DNA from: Squalus acanthias
Lineage: Eukaryota
Direction: 5' to 3'
Assembly (NCBI GenBank): GCA_030390025.1
Contig: CM059432.1
Location: 48,548,001 to 48,612,000 of the forward strand
DNA length: 64,000 bases
A program made the position numbers and the translations under genes. Of the stretch, positions 26,573-40,385 are shown piece by piece (the stretch's first letter is position 1; each line of letters starts with the position of its first letter). The notes under the pieces were generated by a model that saw nothing but the letters and a program-made list of their open reading frames with translations, had not been told where the DNA came from and searched no databases.

Positions 26573-27398
26573 GGCCGCGATTTTGCCGGCACTCAGAGGC
26601 GGGTCAGAGGTTAAAGTCTTATTGATTGATGGCGGGTCCCGAACCCACCTCCAAACAGCCTTCCCAAGTGTCGGGTCCCCGATTTGCGAATGGATCCGAC
26701 ACCAAGCGGCGGGAAACGGATTAAAGGCAATTACCTGCCTATTAACAGGTACTTGTCAGCAGTGTTCAGCCTGTTTTTCGATTTTCCCGCTTCTGGGTCG
26801 GGTTTCCCGATGTCCAGACACCACGCCAGGTAAGTGTGGCGTGTTGTGAGTCTGGTGTAATGTTTGTGAAAAGATGACAGCTGCAGAAGTGGTGTGAAGG
26901 ATGTAATGTTGCACATGGTGAGTTTTAGAGCAAAGAAAATGTTGGTTACTGCATTTTTAAAACATACAGATTTCTTTAGCTTACAAGTTTTTAAATCCAA
27001 CTATATGTCCAGTGCCACCTCATTGACAGATCACTTGTGTCATCTCACCTGCAGCTGCCATCTATTCCAGCATATGGAGGGAGTCATTGGAGAGCCTTGG
27101 TGCAAGAGTTCACCTTTGTGAAGTGATTGTCAGTGTTTTCAGCCCCTCAATGCTGTCAAACATGGAGAAATCAACTGTCAAAATAAAATTGTGCATGGTC
27201 CCTTTAAGGAAACCGGCAGATGACGTGTCACCAAATGATGTCATCAGACCCACTTCCTGTTAATTGGCTGTTAAGCATGCAGGGTGGGCTCAACAAGGTC
27301 AATCAAGGGAAAATCACATCTGTGGAGCAGAGGCGGGACCAGAACCCAGAAACCACCTAACCCGCACCCATCCCGACACCAAACGCAAAAACGTGGCC
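26573..27398. mobile_element. MITE family C (Harbinger-type)
   Basis: Imperfect TIR GGCCGCGATTTTG / CAAAAACGTGGCC, TSD TTT, GC-rich subtermini. Confidence 0.72.
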
Positions 27399-27550
27399 TT
27401 TGCCTCCACTACCCTACCCAGCAGACTATTTAGGTACTACTTACTCTGCTTGAAGTGCTTCCTGAAATCAATCCCTAACTTGTTTTTATTTGTTTCTACC
27501 TATGTCCTATGGTCCTGCAGTCTTCAGTCCTGTTCCAGTTTAAGCTTTTC

Positions 27551-29755
27551 AACAACAACAACTTGCATTTATATAGTGCTTTTAACATAATAAAACGTCC
27601 CAAGGCACTTCACAGGAGCGTTATCAAACAAAATTTAACACTGAGCCACATAAGGAGATATTTGGACAGGTGACCAAAAGCTTGGTCAAAGAGGTAGGTT
27701 TTAAGGAGCATTTTAAAGGAGGAAAGGTAGAGAGGCGGAGAGGTTTAGGGAGGAAATTCCAGAGCTTAGGGCCTTGGCAACTACCAGGGAGATAGAACAG
27801 GTGGACATGACAATGGATGACGAGATTAATAATGAGATAAGTGCATTTAAAATAAAAAAGGGATATTAAATAAACTAATCGTACTCAAAGAGGATAAAAC
27901 CCCTGGTCCGGATGGATTGCATTCACGCATTTTAAAAGAATCTAGGGAAGAGATAGCAGAGGCATTATTACACATATTTAATAATTCATTAGAAAAAGGT
28001 GTAGTGCCAGAGGACTGGCAGATAGCTAATGTAATACTAATATTTAAGAAGGGGGATAGAACATGTCCAGGGAATTATAGACCAGTCAGCTTATCATCAG
28101 TGGTAGGAAAAATAATGGAATCCCTACTAAAGGAGAAAATAGAAGAACATCTAGAAACCAAAAATATAATAATGAACAGTCAGCATGGATTTCAAAAGGG
28201 AAAATCTTGCTTGACCTACCTTGAATTTTTTGAAGAGGTAACAGAGAGTAGACAATGGTAATGCAGTAGATGTAATTTATCAGGATTTTCAAAAGGCCTT
28301 TGATAAGGTACCCCATAATAGACTGATGAACAAGGTCAGAGAATGTGGAGTCAGGGGACAAGTAGCAGAATGGATTGCTGGCTGGCTTCAGGACAGAAAG
28401 CAGAGAATAGGAGTAAAGGGTAGCTATTCACAGTGGCAGAAGGTGGGTAGTGGTGTTCCACAAGGATCAGTGCTGAGACCATTGCTGTTCACAATTTACA
28501 TTAACGATTTAGACTTGGGAATCAAAAACAATTTCTAAATTTGTGGATGACACCAAATTACAGGGGGATAGTCAATACTGAGGAGGATTGCAACAAATTA
28601 CAGGAGGACATTAATAATCTTGCAGAATGGGCATATAATTGGCAAATGAAGTTCAACACAGATAACTGTGAGGTATTACATTTTGGTAGGAAGAATAGGG
28701 AGGTCACTTATCACTTGGAAGGTGCAAGTCTAGGTGTGGTAGAGGAGCAAAGGGATCTCGGAGTACAAATTCACAAATCACAAAGTTGCAACACAGGCCA
28801 TAAAAAAAAAGCAAACCAAGCACTAGGGTTTATTTCTAGAGGTATAGAATTGAAAAGTAGGGAAGTTATGCAAAACCTGTATTGAACCTTGGTTAGACCA
28901 CACTTGGAGTACTGCGTACAGCTCCAGTCGCCATATTATAAAAAGGATATAGAAGCACTGGAGAGGGTACAGAGAAAATTTACAAGGATAATACCAGAAA
29001 TGCGAGGGTATACATAACAGGAAAGGATGAACAGGATGGGTCTCTTTTTTTCCCTCTTGGGAAAAAAAGGCTGAGGGGTGACCTCATAGAGGTCTTTAAA
29101 ATTATGAAACGTTTTGATAGAGTGGATAGAGAGAGAATGTTTCCACTTGTGGGGAAGAGCATAACTAGAGGCCATCAATATAAGATGGTCACCAAGAAAT
29201 CCAATAGGGAATTCAGAAGAAACTTCTTTACCCAGAGTGGTGAGAATGTGGAACTCGCTACCAGGAGTGGTTGTAGTGAATAGTATTGATGCATTTAAGG
29301 GGAGGTTAGACAAGCATTTGAGGGAAAAGGAAATAGAGGGTTATGCTGATAGATTTAGATGAGGAAAGACTGGAGGAGGCTCATGTGGAGCATAAACACC
29401 GGCATGGACTGGTTGGGCCAAATGGCCTGATTCTGTGCTGTATATCCTATGTAATCCTATGTAAAGACACAGCCGCCAATGGTGGAGCGATGAAAATCAG
29501 GGATGCACAAGAGGCCAGAATTGGAGGAGTACAGAGATATCTATAGGTTGTAGGGCTGGTGGCAGTTGCAGAGATAGGGAGGGGCAAGGCAATGAAGGGA
29601 TTTGAAAACAAGGATGAAAATTTTAAAATCGAGGCGCTGTCAGACTGGGAGACAATGGAAGAACTTGGTGCGACTTAGGCTATGGGGAGTTGAGTTTTCG
29701 ATGATCTCAAGTTTACAGAGGGTGCAAGGTGAGAGGCTGGCTAGGAGAGCATTGG
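27551..29755 (-). mobile_element. L2-type LINE 3' fragment split by a CR1 (pieces 27551-27782 and ~29463-29755)
   Basis: (AAC)n tail, cttgcatttatatag 3' end, gaccaaaagcttggtc hairpin; the continuation resembles 58480-58720. Confidence 0.7.
27783..29462 (+). mobile_element. 5'-truncated CR1
   Basis: KTPGPDGLH, NYRPVSL, QHGF, GVPQGSVL; tail atcctatgtaatcctatgta. Confidence 0.85.
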
Positions 29756-29889
29756 AATTTCTATTCCACTTATTACATACTTCAAAAACATCTCTTATTA
29801 TCTTCCTTTCAAGGCTGAAGGGTCCACATTTTTCTAACCTTTCCTCATAACTCAGTTATGTCATTAGAAGAATTTTTTTTATCTCACAC

Positions 29890-30419
29890 CTCTCCCCTCC
29901 TCCTCCTCCCCATCCCTCTTCCCCCCTCCCTCCTCCCCCTCCTCCCCCCCTTCCCCCTCCTCCCCCCTCCCCCTCTCCCCCCACCCCCTCTCCCCCCTCC
30001 CCCTCTTCCTCTCCCCCCTCTCCCCTACCCCCTCTCCCCTACCCCCCTCCCCTCCCCCCCTCTCCCCACCCCCCTCTCCCCTCCCCACTCTCCCCACTCT
30101 CCTCTCTTCCCCCCTCCCCTCTCCCCCCCCTCCCCTCTCCCCCCCTCCCCTCTCCCCCCATCCCTCTCCCCCCCCACCCCTCTCCCCCCCCTCCCCTCTC
30201 CCCCCCTCCACTCTCCCCCCCTCCACTCTCCCCCCCTCCACTCTCCCCCCTCCACTCTCCCCCCCCTCTCTCCCCTTCCCTCTCCCCCTTCCCTCTCCCC
30301 TCTCCCCCTTCCCTCTCCCCCTTCGCTCTCCCCTCTCCCTTCCCTCTCCCTCCCTCTCCTCCTCCCTTCCCCCTCCCCTCCGCCCCTCCCTGTCCCTATC
30401 CCTCTCCCCCCTCCCTCTC
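29890..30419. repeat. C/T low-complexity (polypyrimidine/polypurine) tract
   Basis: Almost only C and T, in units such as CCCCCT, CCCT and CTCTCC. Confidence 0.95.
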
Positions 30420-31484
30420 ATAGAAACATAGAAGATAGGAGCAGGAGTAGGCCATTCGGCCCCTCGAGCCTGCTCCGCCATTCGATGAGATCATGGCTGA
30501 TCATCCAAACTCAGTACCCTGTACCTGCCTTCTCCCCATATCCCTTGATACCTTTAGCTTTAAGAAATATATCTAACTCATTCTTGAATATATTTAATGA
30601 CTTGGCCTCAACTACCTTCTGTGGTAGAGAATTCCACAGGTTCACCACTCTCTGGGTGAAGAAATTCTTCCTCATTTCTGTCCTAAATGGCTTACCCCTT
30701 GTCCTTAGATTATGACCCCTGGTTCTGGACTCTCCGACCATCGGGAACATTCTTTCTGCATCAAGTTTGTCCAGATCTGTCAGAATTTTACATGTTTCGA
30801 TGAGATCCCCTCTCATTCTTCTATACTCCAGTGAGTATAAGCCCAATCGACCCAATCTCTCCTCATATGTCATTCCTGCCATTCCAGGTATCAGCCTTGT
30901 GAATCTTCGCTGAACTCCTTCCATGGCAAGAACATCCTTCCTCAGATAAGGCGACCAAAACTGCACACAGTACTCAAGGTGTGGTCTCACCAAGGCCCTG
31001 CACAGCTGCAGCAGGATATCCCTGTTCCTATACTCAAACCCTTTCGCTATGAAGGCCAACATACCATTTGCCTTCTTCACCGCCTGCTGCACCTGCATGC
31101 TTACCCTCAGCGACTGGTGCACAAGGACACCCAGGTCTCGTTGCACTTCCCCTTCTCCCAATCTATTGCCATTCAGATAATAGTCTGCCTTTCTGTTTTT
31201 GACACCAAAGTGGATAACCTCGCATTTATCCACGTTATATTGCATCTGCCACGCTTCTGCCCACTCACCCAACCTGTCCAAATCATCCTGGAGTTTCTCG
31301 GTATCCTCCTCGCAGCACACACGCCCACCCAGCTTTGTGTCATCTGCAAACTTGGAGATATTACATTTAGTTCCCTTATCTAGATCATGAATGTATATTG
31401 TGGATAGCTGGGGTCCAAGGACCGATCCCTGCGGTACCCCACTCGTCACTGCCTGCCACTCGGAAAAAGACCCATTAATTGCTA
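30420..31484 (-). mobile_element. 5'-truncated CR1 with an open RT C-terminal frame, embedded in the C/T tract
   Basis: ORF 30511-31449 (312 aa); tail (TTTCTATG). Confidence 0.9.
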
Positions 31485-33478
31485 CCCTCCCTCCCTCTCC
31501 CCCCCTCCCTCTCCCTCTCCCTTCCCCCCTCCCTCCCCCCTCCCTCCCCCCTCCCCTCTCCCTCCCTCCCCCCTCCCCTCTCCCTCCCTCCCCCTCCCTC
31601 CCCCCTCCCTCTCCCCTCCCTCTCCCCCCTCACTCTCCCACTCCCCCTCCCCCCTCCCTCTCCCACTCCCCCTCCCCCCTCCCCTCCCTATCCCCATCCT
31701 CCCCTCCCTCTCCCCTCCCTCCCTCTCCCCTCCCCCTCCCCTCCTCCTCCCTCTCCCCTCCCCCTCCCTCGCCCCTCCCCCTCCCCCTCCCCCTCCCTCC
31801 CCCCTCCCCCTCTCACCTCTCCCCTCCCCTCCCCTCACCCCCTTTCCCCTCCCTCCCTTTCCCCTCCCTCCCTTTCCCCTCCCCCTCCCTCCTTTCCCCT
31901 CCCCCTCCCTCCTTTCCCCTCCCTCCTTTCCCCTCCCTCCCTTTCCCCTCCCCCCTCTCTTTCCCCTCCCCCCTCGTTTTCCCCTCCCTCCCTTTCCCCT
32001 CCCTCCCTTTCCCCTCCCTCCCTTTCCCCTCCCTCCCTTTCCCCTCCCTCCCTTTCCCCTCTCCCCTCCCTCCCTCTCCCCTCCCTCCCTCTCCCCTCCC
32101 TCCCTTTCCCTCTCCCTCCCTCCCTTTCCCTCTCCCTCCCTCCCCTTCCCTCTCCCTCCCTCCCCTACCCTCCCCCCTCCCTCCCTTTCCCTCCCCCTCC
32201 CTCCCTTTCCCTCTCCCTCCCTCCCTTTCCCTCTCCCCTCCCCCTCCCTTTTCCTCTCCCCTCCCCCCTCCCCCTCCCTTTTCCTCTCCTCTCCCCTCCC
32301 CCCTCCCTTTCCCTCACCTCTCCCCCCTCTCCTCGCACCCTCTCCTCCCTCTCCTCTCCCCCTCCCTCTCCTCTCCCCCCTCTCCTCTCCTCTCCCCCCT
32401 TCTCTCCCCCCTCCCTCTCCCCCCTCCCTCTCCCCCCTCTCTCTCCCCCCCTCCCTCTCCTCTCCCACCCTCCCTCTCCTCACCCCCTCTCCTCTCCCCC
32501 CTCTCCTCTCCTCTCCCCCCTCCCTCTCCCCCATCCCTCTCCTCTCCCCCATCCCTCTCCTCTCCCCCCTCTCCCCCCTCTCTCTCCCCCCTCCCTCTCC
32601 TCTCCCACCCTCCCTCTCCTCACCCCCTCTCCTCTCCCCCCTCTCCTCTCCTCTCCCCCCTCCCTCTCCCCCATCCCTCTCCTCTCCCCCATCCCTCTCC
32701 TCTCCCCCCTCCCTCTCCCCCCTCCCTCTCCCCCCTCCCTCTCCCCCCTCCCTCTCCCCCCTCCCTCTCCCCCTCCCTCTCCCCCCTCCTGTCCTCTCCC
32801 CCCTTCCCTCTCCTCTCCCCCCTCCCTCTTCCCTCCCCCCTCCCTCCCTCTCCCCTCCCCCCTCCCTCCCTCTTCCCTCCCCCCTCCCTCCCTCTCCCCT
32901 CCCCCCTCCCTTCATCTCCCCTCCCCCCTCCCCCCTCCCTCCCTCTCCCCTCCCCCCTCCCTCCCTCCCCCCTCCCTCCCTCCCCCCTCCCTCCCCCTCC
33001 CCCCTCCCTCCCCCCTCCCCCCTCCCTCCCCCCTCCCTCCCCCCTCCCCCCTCCCTCCCCCCTCCCTCCCCCCTCCCCCCTCCCCCCTCCCCCCTCCCTC
33101 CCCCCTCCCTCCCTCTCCCTCTCCCTCCCTCCCTTTCCCTCTCCCTCCCTCCCTTTCCCTCTCCCCTCCCCCTCCCTTTTCCTCTCCTCTCCCCTCCCCC
33201 CTCCCCCTCCCCCTCCCCCTCCCCCTCCCCCTCCCCCTCCCCCTCCCTTTTTCCTCTCCTCTCCCCTCCCCCGTCCCTTTCCCTCTCCTCTCCCCCTCCC
33301 TCTCCTCTCCCCCCTCCCTCTCCTCTCCCCCCTCCCTCTCCTCTCCCCCCTCCCTCTCCTCTCCCCACCTCTCCTCTCCCCCCTCCCCTCCCCCTCCCTC
33401 TCCCCCTCCCCTCCCCTCCCCCCTCCCCTCCCCTCCCCTCCCCTCCCCCTCCCTCTCCTCTCCCCCCTCCCCTCCCCA
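31485..33478. repeat. ~2-kb C/T low-complexity tract
   Basis: Blocks of (CCCCTCCCTCCCTTT)n, (CCCCCTCCCTCTCCTCT)n and (CCCCCT)n. Confidence 0.95.
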
Positions 33479-35260
33479 TTCCTCTCATCTCCGTCTTAAA
33501 TGGGCGACCCCTTATTCTGAAACTATGCCCCCTAGTTCCAGATATCCCCACGAGGGGAAACATCCTCTCAGCATCCACCCTGTCAATCCCCCTCAGAATC
33601 TTATGTGTTTCAATAAGATCACCTCTCATTCTTCTAAACTCCAGTGAGTATAGGCCCAACCTACTCAACCTTTTGTCATACGTCAACCCCTTCATCCCAG
33701 GAATCAACCTAGTGAACCTTCTCTGCACTGCCTCCAATGCAAGTATATCCTTCCTTAAATATGGAGACCAAAACTGTACGCAATACTCCAGGTGCGGTCT
33801 CACCAGCGCCCTGTAAAGTTGCATCAAAACTTCCCTACTTTTATACTCCATACCCCTTGCAATAAAGGCCAACATTCCATTAGTCTTCCTAATTACTTGC
33901 TGTACCTGCATGCTAACTTTTTGTGTTTCATGTACTAGGACCCCCAGATCCCTTTGTACCACAGCATTTTGTAGTCTCACTCCATTTAAATAATAATTTG
34001 CTTTTTCATTCTTCCTTCCAAAGTGGATAACCTCACGTTTTCCCACATTATACTCCATCTGCCAAATTTTTGCCCACTCACTTAACCTATCTATATCCCT
34101 TTGCAGACTCTATGGGCTGGATTTTCATTGACCCGTGGAGGCGGGTTTGGAGGTGTGTGGGGGGTTAAAATTGCGAAAACTGGCGGGTGGGCACAAGTCC
34201 GCCTCCATCTCGCCTCCACGCAATTTTCATTAAATCATGTCTGCTGGTCCCGACTCCGTCCCGCCTTTAAGAGGCGGGATAGGTTGTTAAGGCCCTTAAC
34301 AAGCACTAAATTGGCTCTATAATGCCATTTTGAAAGGCCTTTGTGATTTTAACCCTTGTTATACGTGAAGCACGCCTGTTCTGAACCACGATTGTGAAAC
34401 CTGGTGGGAGCACATTTGGATATGGATAGTTGACGCTGGCTGGCTATGGGGATGCATATATGGATGGCTATGGGGATGGATGGATAGAGAGGAGACATAT
34501 CTGGGAGTGGTGGTGTAAAAATATCTGGGCGCAGACTTAGGACTGCTGCTGCTCATTTTGCAGGTCCTCTCACAGCAAAGGCCAGGCAGTCTTTGAAGAC
34601 CTTCAATGCAACAGCAATGATGACATCATCAGAGGCAACTTTGAGACTGAAAACACTAATTGGTTCATGGGTTCCCACATGCTGGAACTCAATTGCCCAA
34701 TTAGGTGAAAATCGCATCAATCTCCCACATCCAATTGCAGTCGGGTGGATAACACGAAAAGTGGATGATACGACCCCAACCCGCCCCAGTATCAAAATCG
34801 AGCCCTTTGTGTCTTCCTCACAACTTGCTAACCCACTTATCTTTCGATCATCAGCAAATTTAGCTACAGTACACTCAGTCCCTTCATCCAAGTCATTAAT
34901 ATAGATTGTAAATAGTTGAGGCCCCAGGTCTGATCCCTGTGGCACCCCATTAGTTACTGATTGCCAACCGAAAATTGACCCATTTATCCCGACTCTGTTT
35001 TCTGTTAGCCAATCCCCTAGCCATGCCAGCTCACCCCTCATCTTTCTAAAATCAGCCCTATTCCAATATGGTGCCCTTGTTTTTGTATTACATTTTTCAA
35101 TTTCTATGTGGACCTTAAGCCTTATCATATTTCGGTCACTACTCCCGAGGTGCTCACCCACATTTAGATCACTTACTTGACCTATTTCATTGTTCATAAT
35201 ATAGATTAGCAACACCTCTCCCCTTGTATTGTTTGAGGAAGGATTCCTGCACATGTTTTA
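33479..35260 (-). mobile_element. CR1 ORF2 fragments, interrupted by a MITE
   Basis: [20 protein letters not shown]..; GVPQGSDLGP, FADD; older APE-region piece ~35020-35260. Confidence 0.82.
34114..34805. mobile_element. MITE family B
   Basis: TIR GGGCTGGATTTT / AAAATCGAGCCC; imperfect TSD TAT/TTT; CR1 sequence is contiguous across it. Confidence 0.87.
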
Positions 35261-36180
35261 GGAATTCCACTTAAGATAAAATAGTACAAAGAAATAATAG
35301 AGATATTATAAATGCGTTTAAAAAAAAGTTGCATACCTGGTGAGAGTAATTGAAATGATTTGATCAAAGTGCTTGGATGATGTACCCATGCAATAAAGGG
35401 CAACGATATGTGTGTGCTATTAAACTTAGTAAAGATGTGGTATGGATTTGTCCAATACCGCATAATTGTGACTCACACTGCTGGTGATCAGAAATAGCTG
35501 CATTCCAGTCAAACAAAATTGCATTAAAATAACAGTTGAAAAATCCATCATTAATGCATTAATTTTTTGAAATTCTATGATGATAAGATGATTATGCTCT
35601 AACCCAGTATGGTAATAAGTGAATTTCACTGTAGCATGCTTAAATATTTACACACTAATGATTTTATTTTCTCTCTTGCATTCTTAAAGTCATATAAAAT
35701 AAATTCAATCGGCCACATGATAATGAGAAAACTACTGCGTCATTATTTGAAAATAATTGACTTTCAAGGAGTGTTAAAATTAAATTCTAAATTATCTTCC
35801 AGTATAAAATCATAATAAAAAAAAATGTAATGTTTGGTGTGAGGCTGTTACCAAGTTTTTTCTTTACCATTTTGGGAAGATTAATTTTCACAATACACAC
35901 TTCTGCATCAGAAAAATTAAAGGGGCCGTTCCCTATAATTAAGTGTTTGCCACATGTAAGCAGGAGCTAAAGAAGCCTATCTGTTAGAATTTGTGCTCTG
36001 CTCCATTTGTTACAACTGTGTCATAACTTCAAAAATATGAAACTTTTTCTGATGAAGAATGATAATGTGTGACCTGTATACTTTCTGGCTTAGTGAGTGG
36101 CAGAACAATGAGCAGAGGTATTGCTGTAATAAATACAAATCAAGTATTTATCCTCAGTGGAAAGAATTCAGTAGCTATAG

Positions 36181-36622
36181 AAAGAAAGACTTGCATTTCA
36201 TGACCTCAGGACATCTCAAAATGCTTTACAGCCAATGATGTAATTTTTGAAGTGGTAGTCGCTGTTGTAATGTAGGAAACACAGCAGCCAATTTGCACAC
36301 AGCAAGCAATGTGATAATGACCGATCTGTTTTTTAGTGATGTTGATTGAGGGATAAATATTGGCCAGGACATCGGGGAGAACTCCCATGCTCTTCTTTGA
36401 AATAGTGTCGTGGGATCTTTTACGTCCACCTGAAAGAGCAGGCAGGGCCTTGGTTTAACGTCACATCTGAAAGACAGCACCTCTGACAGTGCAGAACTCC
36501 CTCAGTACTGCACTGGAGTATTCGCCTAGATTTTTGTGCTCAAGTCACTGGAGTGGGACTGTGAACCCACAACCTTCTGACTCAAAGGTGAGAGTGCTAC
36601 CAACTGAGCCACAGCTGACACT
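36181..36622 (-). mobile_element. tRNA-derived SINE (Deu-domain type, L2-like tail)
   Basis: Head gtgtcagctgTGGCTCAGTTGGtagc (A box) and GGTTCAcagtcc (B box); tail gcaagtctttcttt. Confidence 0.82.
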
Positions 36623-37154
36623 GTGGAAGCAAGTTGCTATCAAGTTAAACACTTTGGGGATGAAATTCATTATCGCCCAGGAATGGACGCTAACTTCTGA
36701 AAAGTTTGAGATTTAGCACCAGGCACTAATGAATCTCGCTGCATGCAAAATTCAGTGTCATCGCTCAAAGAAAGGACTGGAGTGCTAAATCAAGCGATAA
36801 TGGCCTAGTTCAGTGGCGTTAGACTCAAAGCGCAGGCTCCGCAGGGACTGGAGTGCATCATCACTCCGGCCAATCAAATTTTAATTTAATTTGTTAAGTT
36901 TTATTTAATGTTTTATTAATTTACAGTCGATTTGTTCAATCACCCCCCACCAGAAAGAGTAGACTTAAAGCGCTAAGCAATTTCAGGTGCAGTCTAATCG
37001 CTCGTCATCATTGCCACAGCCTCTTTCCAGTTCTTAAAGGGGAGGTTCAATTATGCTGCAGAACCTCATTCTCAGCATTGCTGGTTTTGCAGCTGTCTCA
37101 GAAAGCAGCAGAAGGCCAAGGAGAAGGAACCGGACCACTGAAGGAGGTGCCATT

Positions 37155-39070
37155 ATGGCAGATCAATGCCCCAGGGAGAGAGCTTGCAGATTCTGTGACC
37201 AAGCATTGGAGGCCTTGGTCCTCATTGTGGAGAGACGGAGGGCAGTGCTGTATCCAGCAAGTGGCAAGAGGCCCTCGCCGCAAGTCTTCCACGCCATGTG
37301 GAGGGAGGTAGCCCAGCAGGTCTCGGGCAGCACTGTGGTCCCCAAGACCCACACACAGTGCAGGAAGAAATTTAATGACCTCACTCGGGTGGTCAGGGTG
37401 AGTCAATGCCTCAACAAATGCTACATACCACCATCTGAACCTCAGTCTGCACACACTGCCCAAAGCACCACACCCCCAACACTCACCCACCAACAATCTC
37501 CACCTACCAACACTCACACCCACATCACACACCTTGCACACAATGACAGCTACTCAACTATGGCAGGCACATCTCCCAAACACATTGTTCCACACTCACT
37601 CACACACATTCCTCTCTCTTGCAGGCCAAGGTGGCTCACAACAGGAGGGAGCAGGAGCGCACAGGCCTGGGACAACCTGACACCCAACCACTGTCTGAGC
37701 TGGAGGAAAGAGTGCTGCAAATCATTAGGCACCAGGTGGTGGGCGCCGTGGCCACCGGTGAAGTTGACCCCCTCAGGGACAACAACAGTATGTTCATCCC
37801 TACTCCTTCTTCTCAGATCCCACTTGCCCCTCACCCCACAAGCCTTTCCCACTTTCCAGCTAATCATATTGTATGCATGCCTTTCTCCCTTCCTGCCCCC
37901 CTCCCCTCACTTTAACCCGACTCTTCTGCCTTTCAGATAATGAGCAAGCAGCTGAGCAGCCCGTCCCTGAGGGTACCATAGAGAGCGAGGCGGAAGAAGA
38001 GGAGGAGGAGGAGGAACACACCGCGTCACTGCATGTCTTACCCGCAGGCACCAGCTCAGATACTGACACTAGTCGATCTTTATAGGCTAGTATAGTAGCT
38101 GGATCTGCACAGGGTGAAGCATCAGGAACAAGCGGGCTGCAGCAAGGCCAGGTGGAAAGGGTAGCTTGGGAGTCAGCTCCCCAGAGGGTGAATTCGGGCG
38201 CGAGTTCTGCTGCACAGGACTCAGATGGGAACCTCAATGGTGAGGCCTTTAGAAGAAAGGTGATGGGCATGCACACGGAGATGATCGGTGCAATGGCAAG
38301 GGTGCCTGAGAGCCTGTCGGCAATGGTAAGGAGCATGGAGGAGTCCGCCTCCAACATTACACAGAGCTCTGCACACACCATGGAGCCCATCATTTGCAGT
38401 CTGCAAAGGATGGTGGACTCCCAGAAAGACCATGGCGACTCAGACCTGATGCCACATGTGATGGGCGATGTCGCAGCTTCCAGTGCAGCACAGGCGGAAG
38501 CCACGCAACGTCTTAGTGCTGTAATGCAGTCTATGCTTGGTGCCATCGATTCTCAGACCGCTCTCATGTAGTCTCAGCTTGATGCCACACAAGCTCTGAC
38601 TGATGCCATTGTGACTGGGCGACCACCGTCCACCGGGGCTTTCACGGTATCGCGGCAGGCCAGCAATCTGTGCTCCAGCAGATTGGTAGTGATGCTGAGG
38701 TACTGCCCGGGGGAGTGCCAGTGGGTCAGTGGAGCAGGAAGCTGTTGACCTCTCTCAGGATGACAGCATTCCTGCTCCCACCACTGCCACTCCACCATTG
38801 ACCTTGTCACTGCCTGTCATCCAGCCAGCCTAGACTGCTGCCGCCCATGCTGAGGTGGTGCAGTCTACAGCCGGGCCTTCCAGGCCCAGAGCTGGTCGAG
38901 GGCATCCTGTAAAGCCATCTGAAGTCTCCCGCACGGATACTCAGCAGTCTTCCACCTGCTGTGCTGCAGCCACTGGGCCAACAATTCGTAGCAGCACTAG
39001 AGTAGGCAAAGGCACAGTAACAAGGGGCACTAAGGGATTGCACAAGGGTGTTGTTGTAAATATGTGTTCA
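37155..39070 (+). pseudogene. Harbinger Myb/SANT-like DNA-binding protein, 3 exons (37155-37397, 37625-37787, 37937-~39070)
   Basis: RERACRFCDQALEALV..W.EVA..QCRKKFNDL; GT-AG introns with compatible phases 0 and 1; acidic linker; premature TAG at 38083 and 38569. Confidence 0.85.
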
Positions 39071-39205
39071 CAGATTATTGATAAATTTATTAATTGCCTT
39101 TGGATTATTTTGTGGTGTGTCTCATTCAGCTTTGCGCTGTGATATGGCCTAGGACAGGGATGGAATGATGGGGATGTGGTGAGCAATGGGGATCTGGGGT
39201 TTAAT

Positions 39206-40385
39206 TTATTGGAACCGCAGTCTGATGAGGCGGTCACGGACCGCCCTTCCAGAAGGCCGATTGAGTAGCCGCCTCCTCCCTCGCTCCTGTTCCTCCTCCT
39301 CCTCCTCGTCTTCCTCGTCCTCCTCCTCCTCCTCTCCCTCTTCCTTCTCCTGAGGTGGTCCCGCAATCCCTGGTGGCAAGGGCTGGGCCCTCATGATGAC
39401 CAGATTGTGGAGCATGCAGCAGGCCACGATGAAATGAAACACCTGCTCAGCTGAGTACTGGAGGGCTCCTCCCGAGTGATCAAGGCAGTGGAACCATTGC
39501 TTGAGCACACCGATGGTCTGCTCGATGATGTTCCTGGTGGCGGCATAGCTCCCATTATATGAGGGCTGGGCAGGAGTGTTGGGATTGCGGAGGGGAGTCA
39601 TGAGCCAGGTGGAGAGCGGATAGCCCTTGTCTCAGACCAGCCAGCCGCGAGCTTGATGTGGTGGCTGGAAGAGTGCTGGCACACCAGTCTGGTGCAGGAT
39701 GAAGACATTGTGGCCGCTGCCAGGATAGCGGGCATACACATTGAGAATTCGCTTTCTGTGGTCGCACACCGAATGCACATTAAGTGAGTGGTAGCCTTTA
39801 CGGTTACGAAAGATCTCAGGATTGTTATGAGGTGCCCGCAAAGCCACGTGGGTGCAGTCAATGGCGAACTGCACCATGGGGAAGCCCGCTATCCTGGCAA
39901 AGCCACATGCACATTTGTCCTGCTTCTCTCTGGTGATGGGGAAGGAAATGTAATCCCTTCTCCTACTGTAGAGAGCCTCTGACCTCCCGGATGCAGCGAT
40001 GGATGGCGAACTGCGAGATGTTTGCTATATCTCCTGTTGCAGACTGGAATGATCCGCTGGCAAAGAAATTGAGGACGATGGTGACCTTGACTGCCACTGA
40101 GAGAGCCGTGGTCGACCTGATCTGAAGCTCAAGGTCTGGTTGCCGGATGTGGCAGAGTTCGGTGACCACATCCTTGCTGAAGCGGAGCCTTCAAATGCAC
40201 TACTCTTCGCTTAATTGGAGGTAGGAGAAGTGCTCTCAGAATACCCTCGGAGGGTAAGGCCTCCTGTTGAGAGCCCTCATGGCCCTCCTCCTCCCTCTGA
40301 CCACATCTTACAATCTTTCTCGCTGCCTGCGCTCCCTCCGCCGTAGATCCTGGAGCATGAGGTTGACTGTCAGTACAGCCCCCGT
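39206..40385 (-). pseudogene. Harbinger DDE transposase (HARBI1-like)
   Basis: [52 protein letters not shown]; stops and frameshifts; start ATG appears mutated to ACG. Confidence 0.9.

Noticed and set aside
29858..34058. Long Pro/Ser/Leu-rich and Gly/Arg/Glu-rich ORFs (up to 858 aa)
   Set aside because: Stop-free by composition; they are translations of C/T low-complexity DNA fused to CR1 fragments.
35333..35480. Possible minus-strand exon (donor ag|gtatgc; MRYWTNPY..)
   Set aside because: No SLC7 similarity or strong acceptor; recurrence at 41424-41612 is explained by the tandem duplication.
36545..36622. tRNA gene (A/B boxes); also at 42720-42808 and 60535-60580
   Set aside because: Each is the head of a SINE body, with no complete cloverleaf.
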